From UHGV virus genome UHGV-0207969: a stretch of 42,130 nucleotides of DNA; one strand, 5' to 3'. Origin of the DNA: a virus. Of the stretch, positions 1-8,514 are shown in pieces; position 1 is the first letter of the stretch; every line of letters starts with the position of its first letter. The position numbers and the translations under genes are program-made. The notes under the pieces were generated by a model. That model was given only the letters and a program-made list of their open reading frames with translations, did not search any database and had not been told where the DNA came from.

Positions 1-188
1 CTGACGATTACGGAATTATTTAAGCTTCCTCCGTGCCTTCTGATTTTATTTTTTTGCTTTCTAAAAACACTTTGTGTATCAATACACTCCGTTAGAGTTG
101 CGTTTTTTAAGGCTAGTACAATTGGCATTCTCATGGCATCAAGCTCAACCATCGTTTTGCATGCTTTTATTTTTTCTTGGAGTTTCAT
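1..188 (-). CDS. hypothetical protein, truncated at window start; if the genome is circular it closes with a stop at 42121-42123 (65 aa)
   Basis: ATG at 186-188 overlaps the stop of the DUF3850 gene. Open minus-strand frame runs to position 1 (MKLQEKIKACKTMVELD...). Reading across the window joint gives ...VIVSDS then a stop. Confidence 0.3.
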   Translation of the reverse strand, partial: MKLQEKIKACKTMVELDAMRMPIVLALKNATLTECIDTQSVFRKQKNKIRRHGGSLNNSVIV

Positions 189-451
189 CACTCTTCCTCC
201 TTCGTTCCGTGCCATAACAATTCGTGAGCAAACACAACGAACCCTATCTGCTGCCCATAGTCAGTAACATATGTGATCTTTACCAGTGCTCTCGCGCCTG
301 TATATCCCTCAGAAGGTATCCACTCTTCCAGTAGAGCTTCCTCCCCAACTTTAAAATCACGGTCATTCATCCTGATTTCAAAAGTCTTTTTTCCTGAAAC
401 AACTGCTTCAAAATACTCGGGTAATATTTTCAATTTATGACGTCTAGCCAT
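188..451 (-). CDS. DUF3850 / ASCH-like domain protein
   Basis: MARRHKLKILPEYFEAVVSGKKTFEIRMNDRDFKVGE is the classic DUF3850 signature (KTFEIR..DR.F.VGD). RBS GGAGGAAGAGTG precedes the ATG at 451. The track ORF 188-478 carries an upstream extension with no RBS. Confidence 0.65.
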   Translation of the reverse strand: MARRHKLKILPEYFEAVVSGKKTFEIRMNDRDFKVGEEALLEEWIPSEGYTGARALVKITYVTDYGQQIGFVVFAHELLWHGTKEEE

Positions 452-873
452 CACTCTTCCTCCTGTTCCTGCGCCCAACTTGCAAAGACTTGCAGGGCTT
501 GGGCTTCTTCTTCAATATTTAGTTTCTGTAACGCTTCAATATGTTCTGGGATTTCGTCACTGTATTCTTGCCAGTTATCGTTAATGTTATCGTCAACAAG
601 ACAATATACAGTCACCATCGCCGATACACCTAATTTTGGTGGGCACATTCCCTTTAAATAATCCAACACAATCTGCTGATTCTCGTTGAGTTGCGGTTGA
701 TGATACTCGTATACCTCAATATCATATTCACCCCAGTTTCGAGACTCGAAGAAGTCTTCTGTTGGTTCTTGGTCGGTATCAATCAAATAATTAACCATTG
801 ATGCTTTGATCTCGTCTTCGTTATTTGAAATACATAATACTTTTCCTTCATTTGTCCCGATTACAATTTTCAA
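451..873 (-). CDS. hypothetical phage protein; C-terminal region paralogous to 2704-3057
   Basis: 140-aa ORF with tight packing. Shares HQPQLNENQQ.VLDYLK and the terminal WAQEQEEE with ORF 2704-3057. Confidence 0.55.
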   Translation of the reverse strand: MKIVIGTNEGKVLCISNNEDEIKASMVNYLIDTDQEPTEDFFESRNWGEYDIEVYEYHQPQLNENQQIVLDYLKGMCPPKLGVSAMVTVYCLVDDNINDNWQEYSDEIPEHIEALQKLNIEEEAQALQVFASWAQEQEEE

Positions 874-894
874 AATATTATTCCTCGCTTTCTG

Positions 895-1086
895 CTATTT
901 CGTCGGATTACCAACTGATTCACCATCTACTTTATAGCCTGTATCTTGCTCTGCTTGCTTTGTCCATTCCCAAACTTTGTCAGTGGAAACCCAATTTTGA
1001 TTCCATAGGATGAAGTAGAAAGCCAGTAGAAACTCATGTTGATTTAACCATTCTTGTGTAACTTCATGTGTGTCATTACCAGACAT
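895..1086 (-). CDS. hypothetical protein
   Basis: 63-aa ORF in the co-directional early gene array. RBS-like GGAGACGATATT lies upstream. Confidence 0.45.
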   Translation of the reverse strand: MSGNDTHEVTQEWLNQHEFLLAFYFILWNQNWVSTDKVWEWTKQAEQDTGYKVDGESVGNPTK

Positions 1087-1127
1087 AATATCGTCTCCTT
1101 TAGTTGGTTATTTTGGTGGATAGTGGA

Positions 1128-1352
1128 TTATCCAGTAATTTCAATTAATACATCTGACCACGCATCTACAACACGTTCAAATAGTTCATCCGTAAAGTTC
1201 ATATCACCATTTTCAAACACTAACTTATACCCTCCATCAATAGGGTGTGCTGTATAAGTTTCATCTTTTAAACAATGTCTTCCTTCAGATGAAAAAGATT
1301 CTAAACACAAAAATTTTCTCGTTGCATAGCTAATATGAATTGATTGATTCAT
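1128..1352 (-). CDS. hypothetical protein, paralog of 40724-41020
   Basis: Shares SFSSEGRHCL...IDGGYKLVFENGDMNFTDELFER with ORF 40724-41020 (FESEGRYCL...IDGGYKLVFENGEMNFTDNLFER). RBS AGGAGGAAAACAAA precedes the start. Confidence 0.55.
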   Translation of the reverse strand: MNQSIHISYATRKFLCLESFSSEGRHCLKDETYTAHPIDGGYKLVFENGDMNFTDELFERVVDAWSDVLIEITG

Positions 1353-1385
1353 TTTGTTTTCCTCCTAGTTGTGTATTTCTTCCGA

Positions 1386-1700
1386 TTACTGACTCAATAT
1401 CTCGACCGTTGCACCTGCAAAATTGCCTTTCTTCAAAGGTATCTGCAATCTGCATGCTCGATCCAAAGTCCATTTGTTCAGCCCTGACATCTCTGCGGCT
1501 TCACGCTGTGTGCTGAATTCTTTGACTTCACCGTCTGGAAAAGTAAATCTGACTGGCGTTGAGTTGTATCTATTCTGCTTTGGTCGATCGTAACTCTTTC
1601 CCCACAAAGCCTTTCTCAAAACTCTGATTTCGTCTTCATCAGCACCTGGCGTATTAACTAACTTTTCCAACCGATACAAATCTTCTTTATTAGCCATCAT
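1386..1700 (-). CDS. hypothetical protein, possible small DNA-binding protein
   Basis: 104-aa ORF. The C-terminal TQREAAEMSGLNKWTLDRACR looks HTH-like. Start is MMANKED or MANKED. Confidence 0.45.
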   Translation of the reverse strand: MMANKEDLYRLEKLVNTPGADEDEIRVLRKALWGKSYDRPKQNRYNSTPVRFTFPDGEVKEFSTQREAAEMSGLNKWTLDRACRLQIPLKKGNFAGATVEILSQ

Positions 1701-1805
1701 TCCACCCTCTTCATATTTCGCAATCTAACAACTGTCCGATCGCTGCCAAACGTCACAATAGCTGAGTTCTCAAGCACTTTGACACACACTGCTTTGAAAG
1801 GTGTT

Positions 1806-1931
1806 TTAAAACGTTCGGTCACGCACCAATACTCGATGCCTGCTTTTTACTCTACGTTGCTTTCTGACTACACGTGGCGGCGGGCTATACTTACCGTCTT
1901 GAACGCCTGTTACTGTGTCTGCTAGTTTCAT
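1806..1931 (-). CDS. small basic hypothetical protein (41 aa)
   Basis: Strong RBS AAGGAGAAATAAAGC before the ATG. Its start shares an ATGA overlap with the stop of the upstream small ORF. Below the 60-aa track cut-off. Confidence 0.3.
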   Translation of the reverse strand: MKLADTVTGVQDGKYSPPPRVVRKQRRVKSRHRVLVRDRTF

Positions 1932-2071
1932 GCTTTATTTCTCCTTTTGATTTCCGCAGCAATCCATTTCTCTCGCAGCTGCACTCGTCTACGCAAACTC
2001 TGAACGATTTTCTGTTGCACATCTAGCTCTTTATCTGATAGTTTGCGTATGCTTTCTTGTGTTGGTGTCAT
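1928..2071 (-). CDS. small hypothetical protein (47 aa)
   Basis: RBS AAGAGGTGAGCAG before the ATG. Translationally coupled (ATGA) to the next small ORF. Confidence 0.3.
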   Translation of the reverse strand: MTPTQESIRKLSDKELDVQQKIVQSLRRRVQLREKWIAAEIKRRNKA

Positions 2072-2082
2072 CTGCTCACCTC

Positions 2083-2232
2083 TTAATATTGATAGTGATT
2101 TTCCCAATAGAATACGGTGTAAAGCTCGCCACTACGTACGATCGCTTGTATATCACTTTGTTTTATTTTTTTGCTATTGATGAATTTAGTTAACGAGCTC
2201 GCCTTTGAAAATTTCGCCTGTTTCAATTCCAT
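2083..2232 (-). CDS. small hypothetical protein (49 aa)
   Basis: RBS GAGAGGTGAGCAGAT before the ATG at 2232. Sits 13 nt after the SSB stop. Confidence 0.3.
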   Translation of the reverse strand: MELKQAKFSKASSLTKFINSKKIKQSDIQAIVRSGELYTVFYWENHYQY

Positions 2233-2245
2233 ATCTGCTCACCTC

Positions 2246-2707
2246 TCAAAACGGAAGGCTATCATCGCTGATATCAATCGACGAGTTCCTAAATGGGTCT
2301 GATTGAACGTTGTTGCGGTTTTGTTGAGCGTTGGCATTATTAGTCGTTTGACTATTTAAAACGCCGCCATCTCGCGTATTTTGGCTCTTGCGACCAGTTG
2401 TGAAGCTAAACTTATCCGCCACAACTTCTGTAACATATTTTCTACCGCCTGAGTTATCTTCGTAGCTGCGTGTTTGGATTCTTCCGACAACTAGAATTTC
2501 GTCACCTTTTCTGAAGTAGTTCGCAACTGTTTCAGCAGTTTTCCCCCAGAACACAATGTTCACCCAATCTGTTTCTTTTTCGCCATTGGCGTTCTTATAA
2601 TCACGTTCCACAGCAATACTTGTTGTGCCCACTGCTTTACCACTTTGCGTATATTTAAGGTCAATGTCCTTGCCTAGTTTTCCTTGTAAAGTTACGTTGT
2701 TTATCAT
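2246..2707 (-). CDS. ssb: single-stranded DNA-binding protein
   Basis: N-terminal OB-fold pattern (MINNVTLQGKLGKD...WVNIVFWGK.AE). Gln/Asn-rich tail ends in the acidic DISDDSLPF, typical of SSB C-termini. Confidence 0.85.
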   Translation of the reverse strand: MINNVTLQGKLGKDIDLKYTQSGKAVGTTSIAVERDYKNANGEKETDWVNIVFWGKTAETVANYFRKGDEILVVGRIQTRSYEDNSGGRKYVTEVVADKFSFTTGRKSQNTRDGGVLNSQTTNNANAQQNRNNVQSDPFRNSSIDISDDSLPF

Positions 2708-3057
2708 TTTTCTTCCTCCTGTTCATGCGCCCATTGGCTGAATTCCTGAAAAATTTGCTCTAGCTCATCTTGTGTCAATTCTTTGTATGCTTTAGCAAGT
2801 AAGGTGTCTGGATATTGTATGATAGTGGTCAATAGCCAGAAAACCGATTGAAATTTATTGAATTTCTGATAGTCAGTGTTTATTTTGAGTTCATCCAATA
2901 TCGTCTGCTGATTCTCGTTAAGTTGCGGTTGATCGTGATCTTCAACGATGTCAACAATATCGTCCCAATTTACCCAGTAATCAAAGTTCGAGTAATTGAG
3001 TACAGCGCTACTTCCTTGAATTCGTTCTTCTTTCAAACGTTTTAATAATCTGTTCAC
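2704..3057 (-). CDS. hypothetical phage protein, paralog of 451-873
   Basis: HDQPQLNENQQTILDELK and C-terminal FSQWAHEQEEEK mirror ORF 451-873. Confidence 0.5.
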   Translation of the reverse strand: MNRLLKRLKEERIQGSSAVLNYSNFDYWVNWDDIVDIVEDHDQPQLNENQQTILDELKINTDYQKFNKFQSVFWLLTTIIQYPDTLLAKAYKELTQDELEQIFQEFSQWAHEQEEEK

Positions 3058-3440
3058 ATTGCTTCCTCCAATTCAATTTCAATCCTCGGACAATTCTTAT
3101 CCACTTCAAACCGATGTTCAAAGTTGGCAATCTCGCCCCATCCATCATTTGCGATCACTCTTGCCTCAATCATTCCGTCCAAGATAAACTTGATCCCGAA
3201 TGCCACGTTGTCTTTATCCTTGCGCTTATTTTTGCAGTACCAAGTGATTTTCAAGTTGATCGGCGTTGTCACTCTTAACCCTGCCGCTTTCGCCATTAAG
3301 AATGCATAGCAACATTTTTCCGTGTTCTCCTTTTTCAACTTGGCTCCTGCATATCGGTTTGTCCGTTGGCTATTGATGAATTTGTTTAAGTCTGTTAGTT
3401 CTCCTGGTATCGTAATCAACATTTTTTTGTTAAATTGCAT
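3054..3440 (-). CDS. RusA-like Holliday junction resolvase
   Basis: KNKRKDKDNVAFGIKFILDGMIEARVIANDGWGEI matches the RusA core R.RD.DN...K...DAL...G...DD by recall. Size and position in the recombination module fit. Confidence 0.5.
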   Translation of the reverse strand: MQFNKKMLITIPGELTDLNKFINSQRTNRYAGAKLKKENTEKCCYAFLMAKAAGLRVTTPINLKITWYCKNKRKDKDNVAFGIKFILDGMIEARVIANDGWGEIANFEHRFEVDKNCPRIEIELEEAM

Positions 3441-3612
3441 CTCGTTTATCCAACAGGTCTAACGTTATGACCGCTATATCCCTCTCTGTTAGCTTTAGCT
3501 CATGCGCAACCTCTGTCGGCTTCATTCCTGAATCTAATAAAGCCGCTGCCTTTGCTAACGTTCTTTTTGGAAAATCAAAGCGCCAGCCATCTAAGCAAAT
3601 AACTTTTTCCAT
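3430..3612 (-). CDS. small hypothetical protein, possible HTH
   Basis: 60-aa ORF. PTEVAHELKLTERDIAVI looks like a helix-turn-helix. Confidence 0.4.
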   Translation of the reverse strand: MEKVICLDGWRFDFPKRTLAKAAALLDSGMKPTEVAHELKLTERDIAVITLDLLDKRDAI

Positions 3613-3613
3613 A

Positions 3614-3925
3614 TTACTTTCCTCCGTTTTTCAAGCTAACGTACAGTTGTTGGGCTTCCGTCCAAAGTTCATCGGTCGTGACCTGAGTAAAACTGTTGCC
3701 ATAATAATTAGCATTCACCTTTTTTTCTGAAATCTGCCAATGTCGATACAGAATCATAAACGTACGAAATTTCGCTTCTGCGCCTTTTCCGCTTGTATCT
3801 CCTGTTTCCTTTACGTAGCCTGTCATTGAATCTAAAGGAAACTGCATGAGTTCTTGTTGTTCTGGTGGCAACATTCCGAATATCAGCTTGACCGGTTTAC
3901 TAAAATCCCTCTTCGTCTCCGACAT
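3614..3925 (-). CDS. hypothetical protein
   Basis: 103-aa ORF in the replication module with an RBS. No recognisable motif. Confidence 0.45.
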   Translation of the reverse strand: MSETKRDFSKPVKLIFGMLPPEQQELMQFPLDSMTGYVKETGDTSGKGAEAKFRTFMILYRHWQISEKKVNANYYGNSFTQVTTDELWTEAQQLYVSLKNGGK

Positions 3926-4757
3926 CCTCCAAAAACCTCCTTCGATCTTCTTCGGTTACTTTTGGTTTATTCCTTGAATAATCTACTGGTTCTTTCGCCC
4001 AATCTGGCAACTGTTCTTGCCTTGTGTAGTTTTGCTTGGCTTGGAAATTGCGTTTAGGTTGCTGTTTATCTTTCTTCGCCCAAGCTCTAATTGTTGCTAG
4101 GTAGTTTTTATACGTCTTCCCAGATAACTCACAATATTCTGAAACTCTGTCAATTCGTTGTTCCCAGTCGCTCGGAAATTCATATTTCAGCTTATCTAGT
4201 TGTTCGTCACTTAGAAGAACATTTTGATATTCACCATATTTGTGGCGGACAGGTCTTTTTTTCTCTTTATCTATCTCTTTATCTATTTCTATATCTTTCT
4301 CTAACTCTATCTCTATCTCTGGTGGATTTTTGTCCGGACATTTGTCCGACATTTGTCCTTTAGGCAACAGATTCTGCTTTTCTTGTTCAATTCTTTGTCT
4401 GTAAATACGTTTCCTGTCAGCTTCCGTAGTTGACTCACCTATAAAGTTTTGGATATCTGCTAAGTAAATTGCTCCATTGTCCAAAACTTCAATCAATCCT
4501 AAGTCAGTGAATACTTGTATCGATTTCTCGACATTTCCTACAGCGTGACGAGTAACTTGTGCCAGCATAGTGGAATTGAAAGGTATTTTATCGTTAAACA
4601 TCAATCTACCTTGGTACTTTAGACTTCTTAAATAAAGCTTCAACAAGATGTTCGAATAAATATATCCATCTGGCATACTTTCGAGTATTATCATTTCATC
4701 ACTATCAAAAAAGTTATCCTTGAGCTTGAGATAGTAATATTTTTTATTGTCTGCCAC
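3900..4757 (-). CDS. phage replisome organizer (N-terminal phage_rep_org_N type with DnaD-like C-terminal region)
   Basis: N-terminus MADNKKYYYLKLKDNFFDSDEMIIL...YIYSNILLKLYLRSLKYQG is the characteristic replisome-organiser start. An acidic repeat linker (EIEIELEKDIEIDKEIDKEKK) and a C-terminal DnaD-like region follow. Confidence 0.75.
   Translation of the reverse strand: MADNKKYYYLKLKDNFFDSDEMIILESMPDGYIYSNILLKLYLRSLKYQGRLMFNDKIPFNSTMLAQVTRHAVGNVEKSIQVFTDLGLIEVLDNGAIYLADIQNFIGESTTEADRKRIYRQRIEQEKQNLLPKGQMSDKCPDKNPPEIEIELEKDIEIDKEIDKEKKRPVRHKYGEYQNVLLSDEQLDKLKYEFPSDWEQRIDRVSEYCELSGKTYKNYLATIRAWAKKDKQQPKRNFQAKQNYTRQEQLPDWAKEPVDYSRNKPKVTEEDRRRFLEDVGDEEGF
4255..4365. repeat. tandem direct repeats (TCTMT units) followed by TTTGTCCGGACA x3 with the perfect palindrome TGTCCGGACA; candidate ori iterons inside the replisome organizer gene
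   Basis: Read directly: tctctttatctatctctttatctatttctatatctttctctaactctatctctatctct, then tttgtccggacatttgtccgacatttgtcc. Confidence 0.5.
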
Positions 4758-4758
4758 G

Positions 4759-4986
4759 CTATCCCTCCTCTAGAGCAACTTTCACAATGTACTGGACTTG
4801 TTTCACTGGTTTCTGATCAACTAGCTTTGTCGTGCTGATTTTTTCAATATTTGCAGCTGTTCCCTTGCCGTTAGTAGCTAGAAAGGCATATGTCATAACT
4901 TCAAGAAATAGCTTGTTGTTTGGTGACATTTTTCGGTGTAGCGCACTATATTTTCTGGCTATTTCTAGTGATTTATCGCTTACCAC
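4759..4986 (-). CDS. hypothetical protein
   Basis: 75-aa ORF abutting the replisome organizer start. Confidence 0.4.
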   Translation of the reverse strand: MVSDKSLEIARKYSALHRKMSPNNKLFLEVMTYAFLATNGKGTAANIEKISTTKLVDQKPVKQVQYIVKVALEEG

Positions 4987-4987
4987 G

Positions 4988-5482
4988 CTATCCCTCCTTT
5001 GAATCGGACAACAAATGCGTCAAGTAGGATAATATTGCTAAGGTATCTTGAGTTGTAAGTTCATAACCATCCTCGTACATTTCATCAGCGAATCTAATTT
5101 GTGCACGCTCGTGTGCGTGATCTTCTCCCATGTATCTGCCAATTACTCTAGAATGTCCTGATTGGAACCCCCTGTTGTACCAATATCCAAAAACTTCTCT
5201 ATTTGAAAGCAGCTCTGGAAGATATCCGCTTTTAATCTTGCTGATAGCAAAATTCAACAAATACTTAAACTCTTTTCCCCAATCTTCGTACTTTCTGCAA
5301 ATCACCAGTTGCATTCCAACAGCTGTTTTTTCATCATGCTTGCTAAATTCCTCGATATATTTTTCTTGTAATTCAATTTCTTGCAACAGCTTTTTCTCTT
5401 GCCTGATAAACGTCTCTCTAAGGGCTTTTAATTCGCTTGTTGATTCTTTTAAACGTTTGTAATTGTCATTAATCGTTCTCAC
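4988..5482 (-). CDS. hypothetical protein
   Basis: 164-aa ORF with a coiled-coil-like N-terminal region. No motif recognised. Confidence 0.45.
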   Translation of the reverse strand: MRTINDNYKRLKESTSELKALRETFIRQEKKLLQEIELQEKYIEEFSKHDEKTAVGMQLVICRKYEDWGKEFKYLLNFAISKIKSGYLPELLSNREVFGYWYNRGFQSGHSRVIGRYMGEDHAHERAQIRFADEMYEDGYELTTQDTLAILSYLTHLLSDSKEG

Positions 5483-5484
5483 GG

Positions 5485-6162
5485 TTATCCCCCAATCTTT
5501 AACTTCTTTATCTCGTCTTGATTCAATTTGATCCCGATAACGTGATACTTGTTCTTAAACTCTGTAATTCCTATTTGGTGCTTCTCGGTATGATGGGTTC
5601 TGCAAAGTGCTGCAAAAGTAAATTCTGTGTGATCTACTTCTTTCCGCTTTCGTCTTCCCAAGGCTTTGTCAAAGTGATCGATGTCACTGTTCTTTTTACC
5701 GCAAATGCAGCAGGTTCGATTCATCACACATTTATAGAAAAAGTACTGTTCATTTTGTGGCGGTATCTCATACCCTTCACGAAACGGAATGTCATTTGCG
5801 AAGATAAAATCTAGTATCAATTCATCTAATGTCGAAACTTCATCGACTGTGTTCTCCGATTGATTCGACAAGCTAATGTTCTTCCCTGTGAAGTATCTGA
5901 ATTGCCAATAGAACACGTCTTTAAGGCTCTCTAATGGTTCGCCAGTGTAAATGTATATGTCTTGCATTAAAGCGAATGTGAAGCGTCTCTGTTCGACTGT
6001 GAACCCGCGTGGGTCTTTGATGAATAATTCTGCTTGTCGCTCGCCGTCATATCCATCAAAGATTGTTTTGAGACGCGCGATATTTAGTTCATCTTTGAGT
6101 TCTAGCGTCAGGCGATTACCTTCAACTTTTATTATTTTTGCTAGATACGAAAGGTTGTTCAT
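5485..6162 (-). CDS. HNH-type nuclease domain protein
   Basis: C-terminal CCICGKKNSDIDHFDKALGRRKRKEVDHTEFTFAALCRTHHTEKH has the Cys/His spacing of an HNH or zinc-finger nuclease. Confidence 0.5.
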   Translation of the reverse strand: MNNLSYLAKIIKVEGNRLTLELKDELNIARLKTIFDGYDGERQAELFIKDPRGFTVEQRRFTFALMQDIYIYTGEPLESLKDVFYWQFRYFTGKNISLSNQSENTVDEVSTLDELILDFIFANDIPFREGYEIPPQNEQYFFYKCVMNRTCCICGKKNSDIDHFDKALGRRKRKEVDHTEFTFAALCRTHHTEKHQIGITEFKNKYHVIGIKLNQDEIKKLKIGG

Positions 6163-7098
6163 TTACAGCACTTCCACTTTTATTCCTTCACCAGTGATAA
6201 ACTTGTTTAATGCAGTTAGTTGTTCATGCGTTCCTGTTAGTCGCAATTCAACTGTTTTAAACTCTTCAATTTCTTGACGTTGCAAGTTTGGTGATTCCTC
6301 TAAAATTTCACCAGTTTCTTGATCGATTACATTATTCTCAACTTGTCGCTCTTTGAGTTCTTTCATAGCTTGCTCATATTCAGCTTGGGCTTGCTGATCT
6401 TTGAGTTCACGCTCTTCTCGTTCTCGTTTAGCAGCCACAGTTGCATCAATTTGCTTCATCAAGTCGGATGAGAATAATCCGTTTTCGATTTGCGCTACCC
6501 AAGATTCAGGTTCTAAACCTACCGCTTTTGCATAGTTGCCAATGATAGCTTTCTCGCTCTCAATACGTTTGTTAGCATCAGCAATTTGTTTCATTTGGAA
6601 AGTAACTTCTTCTAACGTTTTTTTGTTCAACTCGCCCTTAGTAGTGAAGTTACCCTTATTTAGCCATGATGGATTAATAGTTAATTCCGATGAATCGATT
6701 CCGTAGTTAGGAGAAATTTCTTCAATAGTTGAAACCAACTTATCCAGCCGTTTAGCTTTTTCCGACTCTTCAAAAGTAGAAATGCTCTCATTGATTCCCT
6801 CGCTGACTAACTTAATCTGATTCGTGTAACCATTGATTTTCGTTTCAAACTCTTTCAATGGTTTGCTGTATTCTTTCTTAACCGCTTTGCGTTGGTCGTC
6901 AAGCAACTTAGCAATTTTATTTAAATCCGCTTTAGCTTGCTTCGCTTCTGGAATATTGTCGTCAGTGAAAACCAATGTTCCATAACGAGCGATAGTCGCA
7001 TCCACCAACTCTTTCAGCTTGGTTTCGTTGTTGATCGTTATTTGGCTTGGCGTGAAATCTACGTTAAATTCAAGTTGAGTAGTTAAATCGTTTGTCAC
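6163..7098 (-). CDS. DUF1351-like protein (partner of phage single-strand annealing proteins)
   Basis: 311 aa, coiled-coil rich, directly downstream of the annealing protein as DUF1351 usually is. Assigned by size, context and composition, not a strict motif. Confidence 0.5.
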   Translation of the reverse strand: MTNDLTTQLEFNVDFTPSQITINNETKLKELVDATIARYGTLVFTDDNIPEAKQAKADLNKIAKLLDDQRKAVKKEYSKPLKEFETKINGYTNQIKLVSEGINESISTFEESEKAKRLDKLVSTIEEISPNYGIDSSELTINPSWLNKGNFTTKGELNKKTLEEVTFQMKQIADANKRIESEKAIIGNYAKAVGLEPESWVAQIENGLFSSDLMKQIDATVAAKREREERELKDQQAQAEYEQAMKELKERQVENNVIDQETGEILEESPNLQRQEIEEFKTVELRLTGTHEQLTALNKFITGEGIKVEVL

Positions 7099-7823
7099 TG
7101 TGCATTCCCCCAGTTGATATCATTTTGTTTTTGTTCCGCAGCCTTGCTTTCTTGTGCGTTCTTCTCGTAACCTTGTTTCCATTTGATTAATTTGGCCATC
7201 GCACTGCTGTAAAGGTTAGCTGGCAATTGGTCCAATGCAGGAATATTAGCCGTTTCTGCTAACTTGTTTTGGATTATTGATAGTTCAGCACCTGCTAGTT
7301 TAGCTACTCTTCTAGCTTCGTCATTCAGTTTAGCAAGCTGTTTACCATCAATTAATTTAGGTGGTTGTTTAGACTCCTGTTTCTTTTGGAACGAATCCGG
7401 ATCGTCTTTGTCAGTGGCAATATTGAAAAATTTCAGCAAGAAATATTTCTCGCCATAGGTTAAGGCTTTACCTACTCCTTTTTCCCCCGCGATATCAACA
7501 CCTTGTGCGTACCAAGCACTATCGACAAAATCTTCTTTATCATCGATGTTCTGCCAACGCATATTCATTTCTAATTCAGTGAGGTAAGTAACCCTTTCTT
7601 TTTGTCCGCCCTTAGCCTCAACGATTTCAACTCTTTCGTTTAGTTTATGATTCGTAATTGAAGGAATTAAGATGAGCCCTGCATCGTTTATTGCGTTGTG
7701 TAAAGCTCCTAACACATCACTTGAGCCAACATACTGAAACTGACTACCCGACTTCTCTTTCTTCAAATAGGAGATAGTCTTTCTGACTTCTGACAGGCGC
7801 TGAAATACATTTTTGCCGCTCAT
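7095..7823 (-). CDS. ERF-family single-strand annealing protein
   Basis: SQFQYVGSSDVLGALHNAINDAGL and GKALTYGEKYFLLKFFNIATDKDDPD parallel P22 Erf FGKYKYRSCEDILEGVKPLL and SYARKYCLNGLFGIDDAKDAD (compared from memory). Confidence 0.6.
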   Translation of the reverse strand: MSGKNVFQRLSEVRKTISYLKKEKSGSQFQYVGSSDVLGALHNAINDAGLILIPSITNHKLNERVEIVEAKGGQKERVTYLTELEMNMRWQNIDDKEDFVDSAWYAQGVDIAGEKGVGKALTYGEKYFLLKFFNIATDKDDPDSFQKKQESKQPPKLIDGKQLAKLNDEARRVAKLAGAELSIIQNKLAETANIPALDQLPANLYSSAMAKLIKWKQGYEKNAQESKAAEQKQNDINWGNAQ

Positions 7824-8060
7824 TTATAAAACCTCCTTCAATTTCTCGATTACTTGCTCTAACCCATGAATAAGTTCTTCTCGATCAAACTCCGCTGATT
7901 CTTCAATAGTTTCAAATTGTTTACGGACAACCTCGTTGTCGCTGTCCTGATAAACACCTACTCGATCGTTCTTCTTATCAACATCGAAAACGATTGATCC
8001 ATAAGGTTTGTATCCGTCAATTAGATGAATACGCCCAATTGTGTCAATAGCTATTCTCAT
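7824..8060 (-). CDS. hypothetical protein
   Basis: 78-aa ORF. RBS AAGGAGATTATACC precedes the ATG. Confidence 0.5.
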   Translation of the reverse strand: MRIAIDTIGRIHLIDGYKPYGSIVFDVDKKNDRVGVYQDSDNEVVRKQFETIEESAEFDREELIHGLEQVIEKLKEVL

Positions 8061-8095
8061 GGTATAATCTCCTTAGATGAATTTTTGTTAAGACT

Positions 8096-8209
8096 CTATG
8101 CTTGCAGGCCGGAGTCTTTTTTTGTGTCCATTTTCGCTTGCGCTTCGTAGTAGATTTCTTTCCAATCAAGCGTGCGATAGTATAGGTCAAGTACTTCCGC
8201 TCTTGTCAT
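8096..8209 (-). CDS. small hypothetical protein (37 aa)
   Basis: Start overlaps the stop of the upstream gene (ATGA coupling). Below the track cut-off. Confidence 0.3.
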   Translation of the reverse strand: MTRAEVLDLYYRTLDWKEIYYEAQAKMDTKKDSGLQA

Positions 8210-8388
8210 TTCTTCACCGTCCTTGATCGTAATTCAAATACTGCATCGTCATAGATCATTAGCAGTAACATTGCGACACAAGGGAATCCGATGACTAGCC
8301 ACGTTGGTGGCTCTGATGAAAGCAAAGCTCCTAATGCAAAGATGACAAGAATGAATGTTGTGCGTCTGATCCAGTAGATTTTCTTCAT
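8206..8388 (-). CDS. small membrane protein
   Basis: 60 aa with two hydrophobic segments (FILVIFALGALL; LVIGFPCVAMLLLMI). Confidence 0.45.
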   Translation of the reverse strand: MKKIYWIRRTTFILVIFALGALLSSEPPTWLVIGFPCVAMLLLMIYDDAVFELRSRTVKK

Positions 8389-8507
8389 ACTGACTCCTCC
8401 TTGAAGTATCGATCGATCAAAGCGAGTGCTTCTTCTCTTGTGGAGACGGTATGCTGCATTGTCGATCCACTATCTTCCTCAACTGATATAGTGATTGATT
8501 TAATCAT
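8385..8507 (-). CDS. small hypothetical protein (40 aa)
   Basis: RBS AAGGGTGAATAAAA before the ATG. The 3' end AAGGAGGAGTCAGTATGA couples it to the next gene. Confidence 0.3.
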   Translation of the reverse strand: MIKSITISVEEDSGSTMQHTVSTREEALALIDRYFKEESV

Positions 8508-8514
8508 TTTTTAT

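Noticed and set aside
188-478. Longer DUF3850 ORF starting MGAGTGGRV
   Set aside because: The extension overlaps the upstream gene by 27 nt and lacks an RBS. The ATG at 451 has GGAGGAAGAGTG upstream.
4255-4365. CRISPR-like array
   Set aside because: Repeats are short, degenerate, without spacers of uniform length, and lie inside a coding sequence. They are iteron or linker repeats.
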